Shown here: positions 16,311-26,069 of the stretch, one piece after another
Layout of the letters: each line of letters begins with the position of its first letter
Position numbering within the stretch: the stretch's first letter is position 1
Source of the DNA: Pseudomonadota bacterium
Lineage (GTDB): Bacteria > Verrucomicrobiota > Verrucomicrobiia > Limisphaerales > SXTU01
DNA length: 64,000 bases
Direction of reading: 5' to 3'
NCBI GenBank assembly: GCA_009924135.1
Contig: RFSE01000008.1
Span: forward strand, 2,131 to 66,130
The notes under the pieces: model-generated
Seen by the model: only the letters and a program-made list of their open reading frames with translations
Database searches by the model: none
What the model was told of the DNA's origin: nothing
Translations under genes and position numbers: made by a program

Positions 16311-17462
16311 TCAGGCCGACGCGGCAACGGTCTCCCGGAAGAGCGACCGCTCTGTCAGGGTGCGGAAGATCTCCACATCCGCCTCGAATTCCGTCGCCGG
16401 CAACCCCAGGGTTTCGCGCAGTTTTTGGACAAAAACGCCCGCCTCAGGAACGGGCGCGCCCTGAAAATAGGCCTCACCCAGGACATTAAGCACCAGGCAC
16501 CGGCGCTGGGCGGGATTGAGCATGTGCGGCAACATGGCGAGCAACCCATCGGCCTCGAGCTGATCGAGATACGTCTGTCCGGAGTTGATGGCATCCGTGG
16601 CATCGATGCGGCGTTCAAGGTTTTTGACGCGCCGCGCGTATATTTCCGGCCGGTGACGGATCACGGACAAGAGGCAGGCGCAAAGCACGTTCATGGGCAG
16701 CCAGTCCGGGCCAGATGGCGTTTCGTCCACCATCACATTGAGCGTGGCCCTCGCCACCAGGGCTTCAAACGCACCCCCATAGCGTTCCTCACTGATCCCA
16801 AAGGCCAGGCGGCATTCCTCGGCTCTGGCCCGCTCGATCCGCGAGAAGGCGTTATCCGCCAGCCCCAGATCAACCAGGTTAAAAAGCAACCCTTCCTTCT
16901 GCACGAGAGAAAGCATGGCGTTCGCCTCGGTGAGCAGCGCCGCAAAACCATGGCGGGTCACCCACGCCCCGCCGCGCCGGAACGTGTTCAAGCTGCCAAA
17001 CCGGGCCACGACCCAGTCCAGCTCCGCGTTGGCCTGGTCACCATCAGCCTGGGCCATGGCATATATCGCTGCACCGCAAACGAGATTGGGTGTGAGCACC
17101 GCCGGAGCGGGCACGTTTTCCAAAGACTCGGAGGACGGGTGGAGGACGGACAGTTTGGTCAGGCTGACAATCTCATCCGCCGGCAACCGCAGCTCAAACT
17201 CCCCCTCCGGAAAACGGGCCTGAAATATGACGCGGGAATCCCGCTCGGTAATTTTGAGCGTGGAGGCCTCCGCGATGCAAAAATCTGTCCGCGAAAACTC
17301 TCCCCCGGACGGATGGGAATAGCAGACCAAGGTCGTCCCATCGCAGGCCAGCCAGGTCAGCCCCGTCCCACCGGAAAGATCACAGGTCGCGCGGGCCACC
17401 ATCAGCGGCTCGCGCTTGAAATCGGTCAGGAAATCTTCCTGCAACTGTTTGGGCAGACCCAT
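16311..17462 (-). CDS. Hypothetical protein (possible N-terminal PH/GRAM-like module plus two TerB-like helical modules)
   Basis: 383-aa ORF with normal amino-acid composition, opposite an Arg/Gly-rich shadow ORF. First gene of the scpA-scpB-pheA string. The domain guess is weak. Confidence 0.55.
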   Translation of the reverse strand: MGLPKQLQEDFLTDFKREPLMVARATCDLSGGTGLTWLACDGTTLVCYSHPSGGEFSRTDFCIAEASTLKITERDSRVIFQARFPEGEFELRLPADEIVSLTKLSVLHPSSESLENVPAPAVLTPNLVCGAAIYAMAQADGDQANAELDWVVARFGSLNTFRRGGAWVTRHGFAALLTEANAMLSLVQKEGLLFNLVDLGLADNAFSRIERARAEECRLAFGISEERYGGAFEALVARATLNVMVDETPSGPDWLPMNVLCACLLSVIRHRPEIYARRVKNLERRIDATDAINSGQTYLDQLEADGLLAMLPHMLNPAQRRCLVLNVLGEAYFQGAPVPEAGVFVQKLRETLGLPATEFEADVEIFRTLTERSLFRETVAASA

Positions 17463-17529
17463 ACAAGGCGGCGGAAGCTAGCAGAGGTACGGCAGATTTC
17501 CATCTGGAAATCAGGTTGGTCTGGTCACT

Positions 17530-17723
17530 GGGCGCATCTCGACACTGCCCCGGAGCGCGGCTGTGTCCCGCTCGGCGCGGGATCAGCCGCAGCAACGTTG
17601 GAATACCGAGTGGGTGGAACGCATCAACGCCTCCGGCCAGGCGCAGCCGCTGCGGCTGGTCTCCGCGACACAGCCGCGCTCCGGAAGTTTTCGTTCCTCG
17701 GGGGCAGTGGCAAGATACGCCCC
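17530..17723 (+). mobile_element. MITE-like element, copy 1 (about 194 bp, terminal inverted repeats, 8-bp direct flanks)
   Basis: TIRs GGGCGCATCTCGACACTGCC / GGCAGTGGCAAGATACGCCCC (17/20 complementary). TGGTCACT is present immediately on both sides. A second copy at 40778-40974 is in the opposite orientation. Confidence 0.75.
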
Positions 17724-17733
17724 TGGTCACTGG

Positions 17734-18510
17734 TCACTGGTCCAACTCGTATTTCCGCAGCCCGCTCAACTGGCCCAGCACCCGCAGGGCAAACAGCGGG
17801 TTGTTCTTCAAGTAGCGCGGCCCCAGCCGGCGCGGCTCCTGGCACAAACGGTAAAACCACTCCAAACCGCTGCGCTGCATCCAGCGCGGAGCTTGTGCTT
17901 TCGTGCCCGCGAGCATGTCAAACGCGGCCCCGACCCCGAACATGAGCGTGGTGTCCAGCCGCGCGAGATTCGCCGCAATGAAGCGCTCCTGCTTCGGCGT
18001 GCTGAGGCCGACCCAGAACATATCTGGCTTCGCGGCGGCCACCTGTGTCGTGAGTGCTGCCTGCTCCGTATCGTTCAAGGGACGGAACGGCGGTTCGTAG
18101 GTGCCGGTGATTTGCAGGCCCGGATACTTCTCCGTGAGGACGGTCCGTAACCGCTCCGCCGTGCCGTTGGCCCCGCCGTAGAAGAAGTGCCGCCAGCCAC
18201 GCGCTGCGGATTCGCGCATCACCAACGTCATCAGGTCTGGCCCATAAACCCGGCCCATCGCTCGATGGCCAGCCCGCCGGCCCAACCAGACCATCGGCAT
18301 CCCATCGGGGGTGTTGAGGAAAGACCGGTTCAGGATGCGACGGAACTCCGGATCCTCCTGCGCCTCGCTCACGCCGTGGACACCAGTGACACACACATAG
18401 CCCTTGCGCCGCTCCACCACCGCGCGCGTGATGGCGTCCAGCGCCGTCGTCAGGTTTAAGACGCTGACACCGACGCCGAGAATGTTTACACGGGTTGAAC
18501 CAGTTTGCAT
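17734..18510 (-). CDS. WecB/TagA/CpsF-family glycosyltransferase
   Basis: VNILGVGVS..L, VTGVHGVSEA, FFYGG, MFWVGLSTPKQE and GVGAAFD motifs. ATG 18510 is preferred over 18543. Confidence 0.8.
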   Translation of the reverse strand: MQTGSTRVNILGVGVSVLNLTTALDAITRAVVERRKGYVCVTGVHGVSEAQEDPEFRRILNRSFLNTPDGMPMVWLGRRAGHRAMGRVYGPDLMTLVMRESAARGWRHFFYGGANGTAERLRTVLTEKYPGLQITGTYEPPFRPLNDTEQAALTTQVAAAKPDMFWVGLSTPKQERFIAANLARLDTTLMFGVGAAFDMLAGTKAQAPRWMQRSGLEWFYRLCQEPRRLGPRYLKNNPLFALRVLGQLSGLRKYELDQ

Positions 18511-18827
18511 TGCGAGAGTGTCACACCGCATTCGATTACCCAATCAAAGAGTAAGCCCTCAATTTCAATAAGGGGCACCGCCTCAAACACCCTGCGCTGA
18601 GTCTTTGCCTTCAGTTCGGACTCATCGTCCAGAAAGCAAATCAGCGGAACCACCTCTCCGGTTGCATCCTGAAATTGACTTTTCAAATAGGGACTGCCTT
18701 GCCCGTTCCCCGCAATGACTACGAGAAATTTATCGAGCTTGAGACGAAGGGGTACGCGAAACTCCGAATATTCGTGGAAGTGAAACGCTTGACCGAGTGC
18801 AGAAACCTTTATCTGCTCAAGTTTCAT
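18486..18827 (-). CDS. Small hypothetical protein in an AT-richer pocket
   Basis: 113 aa counted from MKLEQIK. No family recognised. By eye the segment is clearly more AT-rich than its flanks (not computed). Confidence 0.4.
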   Translation of the reverse strand: MKLEQIKVSALGQAFHFHEYSEFRVPLRLKLDKFLVVIAGNGQGSPYLKSQFQDATGEVVPLICFLDDESELKAKTQRRVFEAVPLIEIEGLLFDWVIECGVTLSQCKLVQPV

Positions 18828-18873
18828 CGGTGTGAAAGGCCTGCGGCCCGTTCGCCGGTGAGCTAATGTTAGC

Positions 18874-20175
18874 TCACCAGCAAAACCCTTCATACTTCGC
18901 CGGCAGTTCCTTCAGATCCGTCCAGCCGTTCACGTCCAGCACGTGGTGTTTCGCGGTGACGAGTTTCTTTAACTCGGCGAGCGGTGCGCACTTCTGCGCA
19001 GCGACGATAAGGCCGTGTGAGCCGATGGCCGTGGCAAGGTCGGTGTGCAGGAGGCTCGCGAGGTGGGGCATCTTGGTGTCGATCACGCGCTTGTTCGCAC
19101 CAACGAGGGCGGCGAGGTTCAGGGCGGGATCGTAGATGCGCAGCTTGTAACCGCGGCCCAGCAACGCCTGCGCCACATCGACCATCGGGCTTTCGCGCAG
19201 GTCATCGGTGTTGGATTTGAACGAGAGGCCAAGGATGACGACTTCGCGGTGCTCGGTCTCGGTGATGAGATGCAGGAGGCTGCTGAGATGCCGCTCGTTG
19301 CTGACCAGCAGGTTTTCGAGCATCGGCAGGCTCAGGCCATTGGTGCGTCCCAGGTTCGTAAGGGCGCGCACGTCCTTGGGCAGGCAGGAGCCGCCGAAGG
19401 GGTTGCCCGGCTTCATGTAATAGCTGGAGATGTTGAGCCGCGTGTCCTGGCAGAGCAGCGACATCACCGCGCGGGCATCCACCTCCACGGATTTGCCGAC
19501 CCGTCCGACTTCATTCGCGAAGGTGATCTTCGCCGCATGGAAGGCATTGCAGGCGTATTTGACCATCTCGGCGGTCGGCCAGTTCACAACGGCGGCCTTT
19601 TCGCCAAAAAGGTTCTTCATCAACTCCGCCGGTGGTGCCGAGCCATCGTGCGAACCGACCACCGCGAGCGATGGGGTCTCGAAGTCCGCCACGGCCGTGC
19701 TCTCACGGAGGAACTCCGGGTAATAATACACGCGCAACGTCCCGGCCTTCTCCAGATCACCAAGGAGTTCGCCAACCAGCTTGGCGGTGCTGCCGGGCAG
19801 CATCGTGCTGCGGAAGACGAGCGTGTGCGGCTTGGGCGACCTGCGGAGCGTGTCACCGATTTCCCGGGCGACCCCGCGCACGAAGCTGAGATCGAGCCCG
19901 CCGGCCGCGTTGGACGGCGTGCCGACGCAGATGATGGACAGCTCGGTGGCCGCGATGGCATCGGCACAATCGCGCGTGGCGCGCAGAAGGCCCTTGATCT
20001 TGGCGTCCTGGAGCAACTGATCCAAGCCGGGCTCGACGATCGGCGGGATGCCCTTGTTGAAATCGTCCACCTTTTGCGGGTGCACATCCACGCCGACGAC
20101 GGAGTGTCCATGGCTGGACAGGCACCCTGCCGTGACCGCGCCCACGTAACCCAAGCCGAAGATGCTGATTCTCAT
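18874..20175 (-). CDS. GDP-mannose 6-dehydrogenase-like nucleotide-sugar dehydrogenase (UDP-glucose/GDP-mannose dehydrogenase family)
   Basis: MRISIFGLGYVGAVTAGCLS N-terminus, GGSCLPKDV catalytic Cys motif and C-terminal ..GFCW; strongly AlgD-like from memory. Confidence 0.8.
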   Translation of the reverse strand: MRISIFGLGYVGAVTAGCLSSHGHSVVGVDVHPQKVDDFNKGIPPIVEPGLDQLLQDAKIKGLLRATRDCADAIAATELSIICVGTPSNAAGGLDLSFVRGVAREIGDTLRRSPKPHTLVFRSTMLPGSTAKLVGELLGDLEKAGTLRVYYYPEFLRESTAVADFETPSLAVVGSHDGSAPPAELMKNLFGEKAAVVNWPTAEMVKYACNAFHAAKITFANEVGRVGKSVEVDARAVMSLLCQDTRLNISSYYMKPGNPFGGSCLPKDVRALTNLGRTNGLSLPMLENLLVSNERHLSSLLHLITETEHREVVILGLSFKSNTDDLRESPMVDVAQALLGRGYKLRIYDPALNLAALVGANKRVIDTKMPHLASLLHTDLATAIGSHGLIVAAQKCAPLAELKKLVTAKHHVLDVNGWTDLKELPAKYEGFCW

Positions 20176-20310
20176 GCGTCGGGCGAGGCTAGGAAATGGC
20201 AGGCGAAATGCAAGGCTGGGCACGGGCGGGGCATCATTCCGTCGCGCCGGCAGTGGAAAAGAATTTTTGGCGCTTGGAAGGGTCCGCGTTCTTGGCCTTC
20301 AATCCCCGCC

Positions 20311-23300
20311 GTGCAACGAAACCCATGGCGCGAGGCGGTCGCCAGTTCCGCTGACCCCAAACGGGTGCAGCGCGGGCTGGAGGCACTCGGAGCCGTGCTG
20401 GGCGAGGCGGCGGTTCGCCGGCTGGCCGCCGAGCAGATGCGTGTGTTGCTCGCCCTGTTCGCCGGCGCGCCGGCCTGTGGCGACGCGCTGGTGGCGCATC
20501 CGGAGTGGTTGGGGACGGTACTCGCTCCGGACCAGCTGGACACCCCGCATCGGGAGGAGCATCTGCGGCGCGAGGTGGGGGAGTTCCTACGGATCGGCCT
20601 GAAGAAGCGCGATTACACCGGGGCGTTGGGGCAGCTCCGCCAGTTCAAACAGCGCGAACATCTGCGCATAGTGGCTCGCGAACTGGCCCGGCTGGTGACC
20701 GTGGCAGAGATTGCCCGTGAACTGGCCGACCTCGCGGATGCCTGCCTGAACGCCGTGCTGCAAATCTGCCGCGCCCGCCTCACCGGCCAGGTCGGGTCGC
20801 CCTGGCACCGGGATGCCAATGAGCGCTGGCAGCCCACACCATTCTGCGTGCTGGGTGCGGGCCGGCTCGGGGGGCTGGAAATGGATCACGACTCCGAGCT
20901 CGAGTTGCTCTTCGTTTACGCCGAGGAGGGCGAGGTCGGCGAAACCACCCCGGACGACACCACCCGTAGCGGTCTGTCGAACCACGCCTTCTTCCAACGG
21001 CTGGCGGGCGAATTCATTGGCGAGCTCACCCGCCTCACTCCGGAGGGGACACTCTATCGGGTCAATTCACAGCCGCGTGTGGAAGGCGACACAACCCCGC
21101 TGGCCCGCTCCCTCACCCGCTACGAAAACTTCTACTCGCAGCACGGTCAGGCCCAGGACCGCCTGATGCTGATCCGGGCCCGGACCGTGGCGGGCGACCC
21201 GGCGCTGGGTGCGGAATTCCTCGCCATGGTGCAGCCGTTCCGCCATCCCCGTTATCTCAGCGAACGGGTGTTCGTTGAACTGGCCGCCCACAAACAACAA
21301 CTTCTGGCCGAGACAGCCCGGCAGAGCCGGGGCGAGCGCGACGTACGATATGTACGCGGCGGCACGTCCGAGATCGAATTCATCGTCCAGGCGTTGCAAT
21401 TGCTGCACGGTGGCAAAACGCCCTTCCTGCAAACGGGCCAGACGCTGTCGGCGCTGGAGCGCCTGGTGCGGTACCGGCTGCTGACGGCTGACGAGTCACT
21501 CGGACTCACCGAGGCCTGGTGTTTCCTGCGCGAACTGGAGCATCGGTTGCAACTGGAAGGCCAGCCACCCACGCTGACGCTTCCGGCCGAGCGCAAGGCC
21601 CGTGAACGGATCGCCACGCTGATGAACTCACCGCGCCTCAGTGATTTTGAGACCGCCCGGCAACAGCATGGCGAGCGCGTACAGCAGCTCTATGACAAAC
21701 TCCTGAAGATTGAGGAGAGCACCGCCCGGTCCCCGCTGCCCCGCAACTTTGCCGAACATGAACGTGAATGGTTCGAACTGCTCGCCGCCCATTCCTTCCG
21801 CGAACCGGCGAAGGCCATTCAAACCCTGAAGGAATTCATCCATGGCCCCGCCACCGACCGTGCGACGCCGCGCACCCGCGATCTGGCCTGGGACCTGGTG
21901 CCCCGGCTGTTCGCGTTATGCCCCGATCCGCAAGGCGAGTCGCGTCGGAAGTCCTCCACGCACAAACCAGCGGCGTCCCAAGCTGGCCGGCTGGCCGCTG
22001 CCGTGCTCTCGGACCCGGATCGCGTGCTAGCTCGGCTCACCACCTTCACCACCGCCTACGGAGCGCGCACCTCGCTATTCAAGGCCTGGTCGCATCACCC
22101 GAAGGTGTTCGATCTCCTGCTCTGGCTCTTCGACCGATCGGAATTCCTCGCCGAACTGGCCATCCGCACGCCGGACCTGGTCGAAGATTTGGAAGAAAGC
22201 GACCGCCTGCGGCACGCCAAGACCACCGCCGAAATTCTCACGGAACTACGCCATGGTCTGAACGACGAGGACCAGCACGACTGGCTGCGCCGCTACTTTC
22301 AGACCGAGTTCATGCGGATCGGGCTGCGCGGCATCCTCGGCCTCGCCGACTTTGAGGAGCACTTGACCGAACTCAGCGCATTGGCCGGAGCCTGTCTCCA
22401 ATACGTGCTGGAGATCGTCCTGCGCCGACACCATTTGCGCTCGGCTCCGCTGACCATCATCGGTTTCGGCAAGCTCGGCGGCGCGGAGCTCACCTACGGC
22501 TCCGCCCTCGAACTCGCTTTCGTCACGGATGACAAGGCCCGCGATCTCGTCGCCCTGTCGGGGCTGGCGGGTGAAGTGCTGGACCTGCTTGCAGCCAATG
22601 CAGATCTGGCCAAGGTCTTCCCGGCTGAAATACGGCTACGTCCCGACACTGTATCCCTCGTCCACCCGCTCGCCGCGTATGAACGGTTTTTCCTGCAACG
22701 CGCTTCGCTGAAGGAGATTCTCTCATTGAGCCGCGCGAACGTCATCGCCGGCGACACGGAGATTGGCCGCGAGTTCGTCCAGCTTAGCATTGAACTGTGC
22801 GACTTCCGTCCCGATGCCCAGCGCGCAGCGCGCCCCACTCAAGGTCTCGGAGCCACCTCTGACACGGTCCGCATCGCCGGCCGGGTGGCGTTGGACACGG
22901 GTTTGCAAAACCTGCCGCGTGCGCGCCCCGCTTGCTTCACAGCAGAATGGATGCGCGACCTGGCCCGGCTGCGCCGGCAAACTGAAACTGCCGACCCTCC
23001 GGCGGCAAATGATATACTGGCGTTCAAAACCGGGGCGGGCGGAGTCCTGGACGCCGAACTCATCGCCCGGGCGTTTTGTCTCGCCCGCGGCTGGCACGAA
23101 CCGGGCACCCTGCGGGCGCTGGAACGGTCCCGGCAGGCCAACGCGCTGCCGCCGAAGGACGGCGAGATCCTGGTCGCCAGCTACCGGCAACTCCGCCGGC
23201 TGGAAGCCATCCTCTGCCGCTGGAGCCACGCGGCCGAAATGCGCCTGCCCGAGGACTTGGCGGCCCAGCGTCGCGTCGCGTTGCGCTGCGGCTTCACGAG

Positions 23301-23385
23301 CGCTGCGGCCCTGTTGAAAGCATTGGCTGGCTGGCGGTTAGAAGTGCGGCGGGTGTACGATGCGGTACTCCCCGCAGCCGGTTGA
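20311..23385 (+). CDS. glnE: Glutamine synthetase adenylyltransferase/adenylyl-removing enzyme
   Basis: Two nucleotidyltransferase halves (VLGAGRLGGLEMDHDSELELLFVY; IIGFGKLGGAELTYGSALELAFV). GTG 20311 is proposed as the start. The ORF-track 5' extension is antisense to the dehydrogenase gene. Confidence 0.8.
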   Translation: MQRNPWREAVASSADPKRVQRGLEALGAVLGEAAVRRLAAEQMRVLLALFAGAPACGDALVAHPEWLGTVLAPDQLDTPHREEHLRREVGEFLRIGLKKRDYTGALGQLRQFKQREHLRIVARELARLVTVAEIARELADLADACLNAVLQICRARLTGQVGSPWHRDANERWQPTPFCVLGAGRLGGLEMDHDSELELLFVYAEEGEVGETTPDDTTRSGLSNHAFFQRLAGEFIGELTRLTPEGTLYRVNSQPRVEGDTTPLARSLTRYENFYSQHGQAQDRLMLIRARTVAGDPALGAEFLAMVQPFRHPRYLSERVFVELAAHKQQLLAETARQSRGERDVRYVRGGTSEIEFIVQALQLLHGGKTPFLQTGQTLSALERLVRYRLLTADESLGLTEAWCFLRELEHRLQLEGQPPTLTLPAERKARERIATLMNSPRLSDFETARQQHGERVQQLYDKLLKIEESTARSPLPRNFAEHEREWFELLAAHSFREPAKAIQTLKEFIHGPATDRATPRTRDLAWDLVPRLFALCPDPQGESRRKSSTHKPAASQAGRLAAAVLSDPDRVLARLTTFTTAYGARTSLFKAWSHHPKVFDLLLWLFDRSEFLAELAIRTPDLVEDLEESDRLRHAKTTAEILTELRHGLNDEDQHDWLRRYFQTEFMRIGLRGILGLADFEEHLTELSALAGACLQYVLEIVLRRHHLRSAPLTIIGFGKLGGAELTYGSALELAFVTDDKARDLVALSGLAGEVLDLLAANADLAKVFPAEIRLRPDTVSLVHPLAAYERFFLQRASLKEILSLSRANVIAGDTEIGREFVQLSIELCDFRPDAQRAARPTQGLGATSDTVRIAGRVALDTGLQNLPRARPACFTAEWMRDLARLRRQTETADPPAANDILAFKTGAGGVLDAELIARAFCLARGWHEPGTLRALERSRQANALPPKDGEILVASYRQLRRLEAILCRWSHAAEMRLPEDLAAQRRVALRCGFTSAAALLKALAGWRLEVRRVYDAVLPAAG

Positions 23386-23720
23386 AACCCGTCCTTGCCG
23401 TGTCGCCATTTGGCCGGATTGGAGATTTTTCCGCAGTGTGAGCGCTGGGTAAGTGACGCCCATGGTCAATCACCAGCGAGCGTTGCGTGCCCTTCCCTGC
23501 CTTCGGCTACCAGACAAGATCAATCTGACCACGTAAACCATGTGATCACAAAATGGATTGCTGACGTCCGCAACTCGATTTCATCAGCGTAATGCTCTTG
23601 ATTGGGCTGGCTGGCATACGGCTGGCTGCCTGCCGGCATTGTGGGCCGGCTTGTAAAATAATCGTTGACAAGCACCCCGCACGGGCAAACGGTCGACCCT
23701 GACACCAAAAAAGGCATCCT

Positions 23721-24476
23721 GTGAAAACGCGATCTTCCTGGGCTTTTACTCTGATTGAACTTCTTGTCGTCATCGCAATCATCGCCATCCTCGCCGGGAT
23801 GCTGTTGCCCGCCTTGGGCAAGGCAAAGGAAAAAGCCAAGATGTCACGATGCCTCAGCAACCGGAAGCAGGTGGTGCTCGGGCTCACGCTCTACGCTGGC
23901 GACAATGACGACCAGTTGCCGCCTTACGCATACAACATGGCCGGCACCCCGCTGGCAGGGCTGACGCAGTTCCCTGAATGGCGCGAATCCATGGCAATCT
24001 ACATCGGCATGACCACCGGAAACGTCGTGGCCGAGTTCGAAGGGCGGCTAGGCTGCCCGTCGCTCCTGAACAAACAGGCCTTCATCAGCATCACTACCGC
24101 TCCGAACTACAATCGCGTCATCGGCTACTACAATGTCACTGCTCAATCCGGCGGATCGGCGCGGCTGGGGCAGTTGTCAGCCAGCACGTTCCTCGTGGGC
24201 GAGTCCACCAACCAAGTCATCTACTCGCCATCGGCATTTCCCTTCGACACCGACACGGACGGAGACGGCATCAAGGACAGTGACTCCGCGCTATTTGCCG
24301 GAGTCACCCGCTGCAACAACTTCATCTTCCATCACAACCGCCAAAACGCCGCCGCCCTGCCCAACGCCAATCCCAAAATGTCCGACCAAGGCAACGCCTG
24401 CTTTGTTGACGGCTCCGCCCGTCTCATCACACGTGAACAATGGCTGGTGACGAACACCAACATGTGGGGGCCATAG
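23721..24476 (+). CDS. Prepilin-type N-terminal cleavage/methylation domain protein (pseudopilin-like)
   Basis: [26 protein letters not shown]-terminus and C-terminal FVDGSA motif. Confidence 0.8.
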   Translation: MKTRSSWAFTLIELLVVIAIIAILAGMLLPALGKAKEKAKMSRCLSNRKQVVLGLTLYAGDNDDQLPPYAYNMAGTPLAGLTQFPEWRESMAIYIGMTTGNVVAEFEGRLGCPSLLNKQAFISITTAPNYNRVIGYYNVTAQSGGSARLGQLSASTFLVGESTNQVIYSPSAFPFDTDTDGDGIKDSDSALFAGVTRCNNFIFHHNRQNAAALPNANPKMSDQGNACFVDGSARLITREQWLVTNTNMWGP

Positions 24477-24576
24477 CCAGTCCAGGTGCTGCCAGCCTCC
24501 TGGCCCTTTTACTTTCCTTCCACTTGCCAGCGGGCGGTTTTGCTGGTGTCCTAGCGACGTCAGACCGGCACCCCGT

Positions 24577-25935
24577 GTGAATACCGCCCTCGTCATTGAC
24601 GATGATCCTGTCGTGCGCACCCTGCTCGTGCACACGCTGCGGGATGCCAATTGGACGGTGCTGGAGGCCGACGACGGCGACCGGGGCGTCGAACTGGCCA
24701 TTCAACACCGTCCCGACGTCATCATCTGCGATCTGTTGATGCCCCGGTTCAACGGCTACCAGCTCTGCCGTGCCATCCGTTCCAACCAGTCCTTCTTCCC
24801 GCAGCCGCGCATCATTGTCATTTCCAGCAGCAACTACGCAGCAGACCGCACGAACTCCATCGAGGCTGGCGCGGACGATTTTCTCCTCAAGCCTGTCAAA
24901 CCGGTGGAACTGCTCCACCTGCTCGAACTGGAGAGCGGCACCACCTTCATCCGCAAGACCCCGGCTATCAGCAAAGGGGCCACGCCGCCTGACACCACCT
25001 ACTTCCGCCGCGCCATCGGCAGCCCGCCCACCGTCCGCTTCTGGGGCGTCCGCGGCTCCATCGCCACGCCGGGCGAATCCACGCTCAAGTACGGCGGCAA
25101 CACCACCTGCATCGAGGTCCGCGCCGATGGCGAACTCATCGTGCTCGATGCCGGCACGGGCATCCGCAACCTCGGTCGCAAGCTCGCCGCCGAATTCAAG
25201 ACGCAGCCCATCGAGCTCACCATTCTCATCTCGCACACGCACTGGGATCACATCCAGGGCTTCCCCTTTTTCATTCCCGCCTACAACCCGCAGAACCAGG
25301 TCCGTATCAAGGGCTACGAGGGGGCCCGCGTCGGCCTCCAAAGCGTCCTGAGCAGCCAGATGGAAAGCCCGTATTTCCCGGTCTCGATGCAGCAGTTGTC
25401 CGGCTACCTGAAGATCGAGGAACTCAAGGAGATGCAGTTCAACATCGGCAAGGTGAAGGTCACCGTCGCCTTCATGAATCACCCCGGCATCTGCGTCGGC
25501 TACCGGCTCGACACCAGCGGCGGCTCCATCGCCTTCCTCCCGGACAACGAGCCTCACTCCCGGTTGCGCATGGCGCCCGTGACTGACAGCGCGCAATCCT
25601 ACGAAGTCCTCGCCTTCGCCCAGAAGCAGGACGAGAAGCTCATCGAGTTCATCCGTGACTGTGACATCGTCATCATGGACTCCCAGTACGACGCGGCGGA
25701 ATACCGTTCGCACATCGGCTGGGGCCACACCTGCGTGGATGACGCCGTCGCGCTGGCCGTCATCGCCAAGGTGAAGAAGCTCTACCTGTTCCACCACGAC
25801 CCCGATCACGACGACGCCAAGGTGGACAGCATGCAGGACTGGGCGCGGGAACTGGCCGCCATCCACGGCAGCCCCCTTCAGGTCGAGGCCGCCCGCGAAG
25901 GGGTGGAAGTGGTGCTGAACCGCGCGGCCAAGTAA
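24577..25935 (+). CDS. Response-regulator receiver domain fused to an MBL-fold metallo-hydrolase
   Basis: REC motifs (VIDDD, DVIICDLLMP, KP) followed by HTHWDHIQG and the HHDP MBL signature. Confidence 0.8.
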   Translation: MNTALVIDDDPVVRTLLVHTLRDANWTVLEADDGDRGVELAIQHRPDVIICDLLMPRFNGYQLCRAIRSNQSFFPQPRIIVISSSNYAADRTNSIEAGADDFLLKPVKPVELLHLLELESGTTFIRKTPAISKGATPPDTTYFRRAIGSPPTVRFWGVRGSIATPGESTLKYGGNTTCIEVRADGELIVLDAGTGIRNLGRKLAAEFKTQPIELTILISHTHWDHIQGFPFFIPAYNPQNQVRIKGYEGARVGLQSVLSSQMESPYFPVSMQQLSGYLKIEELKEMQFNIGKVKVTVAFMNHPGICVGYRLDTSGGSIAFLPDNEPHSRLRMAPVTDSAQSYEVLAFAQKQDEKLIEFIRDCDIVIMDSQYDAAEYRSHIGWGHTCVDDAVALAVIAKVKKLYLFHHDPDHDDAKVDSMQDWARELAAIHGSPLQVEAAREGVEVVLNRAAK

Positions 25936-26069
25936 GGTTGGTCACCCGCGTAACAGTTCAACTACGGACCGCAGGGAAATTGCTGTTGTGGTCCCGATAA
26001 ACGGGGTCATTTCGTCCAGAAAGGGTACACCCAGAGACGCTCCCGACACTCATCCACCCGCCTGCCTGG

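Noticed and set aside
14707-17945. Long plus-strand ORFs 14707..16233 and 16290..17945
   Set aside because: They are antisense to scpB, scpA and the 383-aa gene, are rich in R, G and L, and the second runs through the MITE.
17563-18150. Apparent conserved protein: track ORFs 17563..18150 and 40371..40937 share the N-terminus MSRSAR.QPQQRWNTE..LRLVSATQPRSGSFRSS
   Set aside because: The shared part is exactly the MITE sequence in its two orientations. Downstream parts are unrelated and antisense to real genes, so this is a repeat artefact and not a gene family.
19045-20310. 5' part of the 1446-aa track ORF 19045..23385
   Set aside because: This portion is antisense to the well-supported GDP-mannose dehydrogenase-like gene and is Arg/Gly/Ala-rich. 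GlnE-like sequence only begins near 20311, so the CDS is started there (GTG).
23386-23720. Possible small RNA or riboswitch in the AT-richer glnE to pseudopilin spacer (also 62186-62685 and 29693-29873)
   Set aside because: I recognised no conserved ncRNA consensus. Only a TTGACA hexamer at about 23666 was seen, without a convincing -10 element. There is not enough evidence from sequence alone.
24427-25866. 479-aa minus-strand ORF
   Set aside because: It is antisense to the REC-MBL gene, which has unambiguous receiver and HxHxDH motifs.
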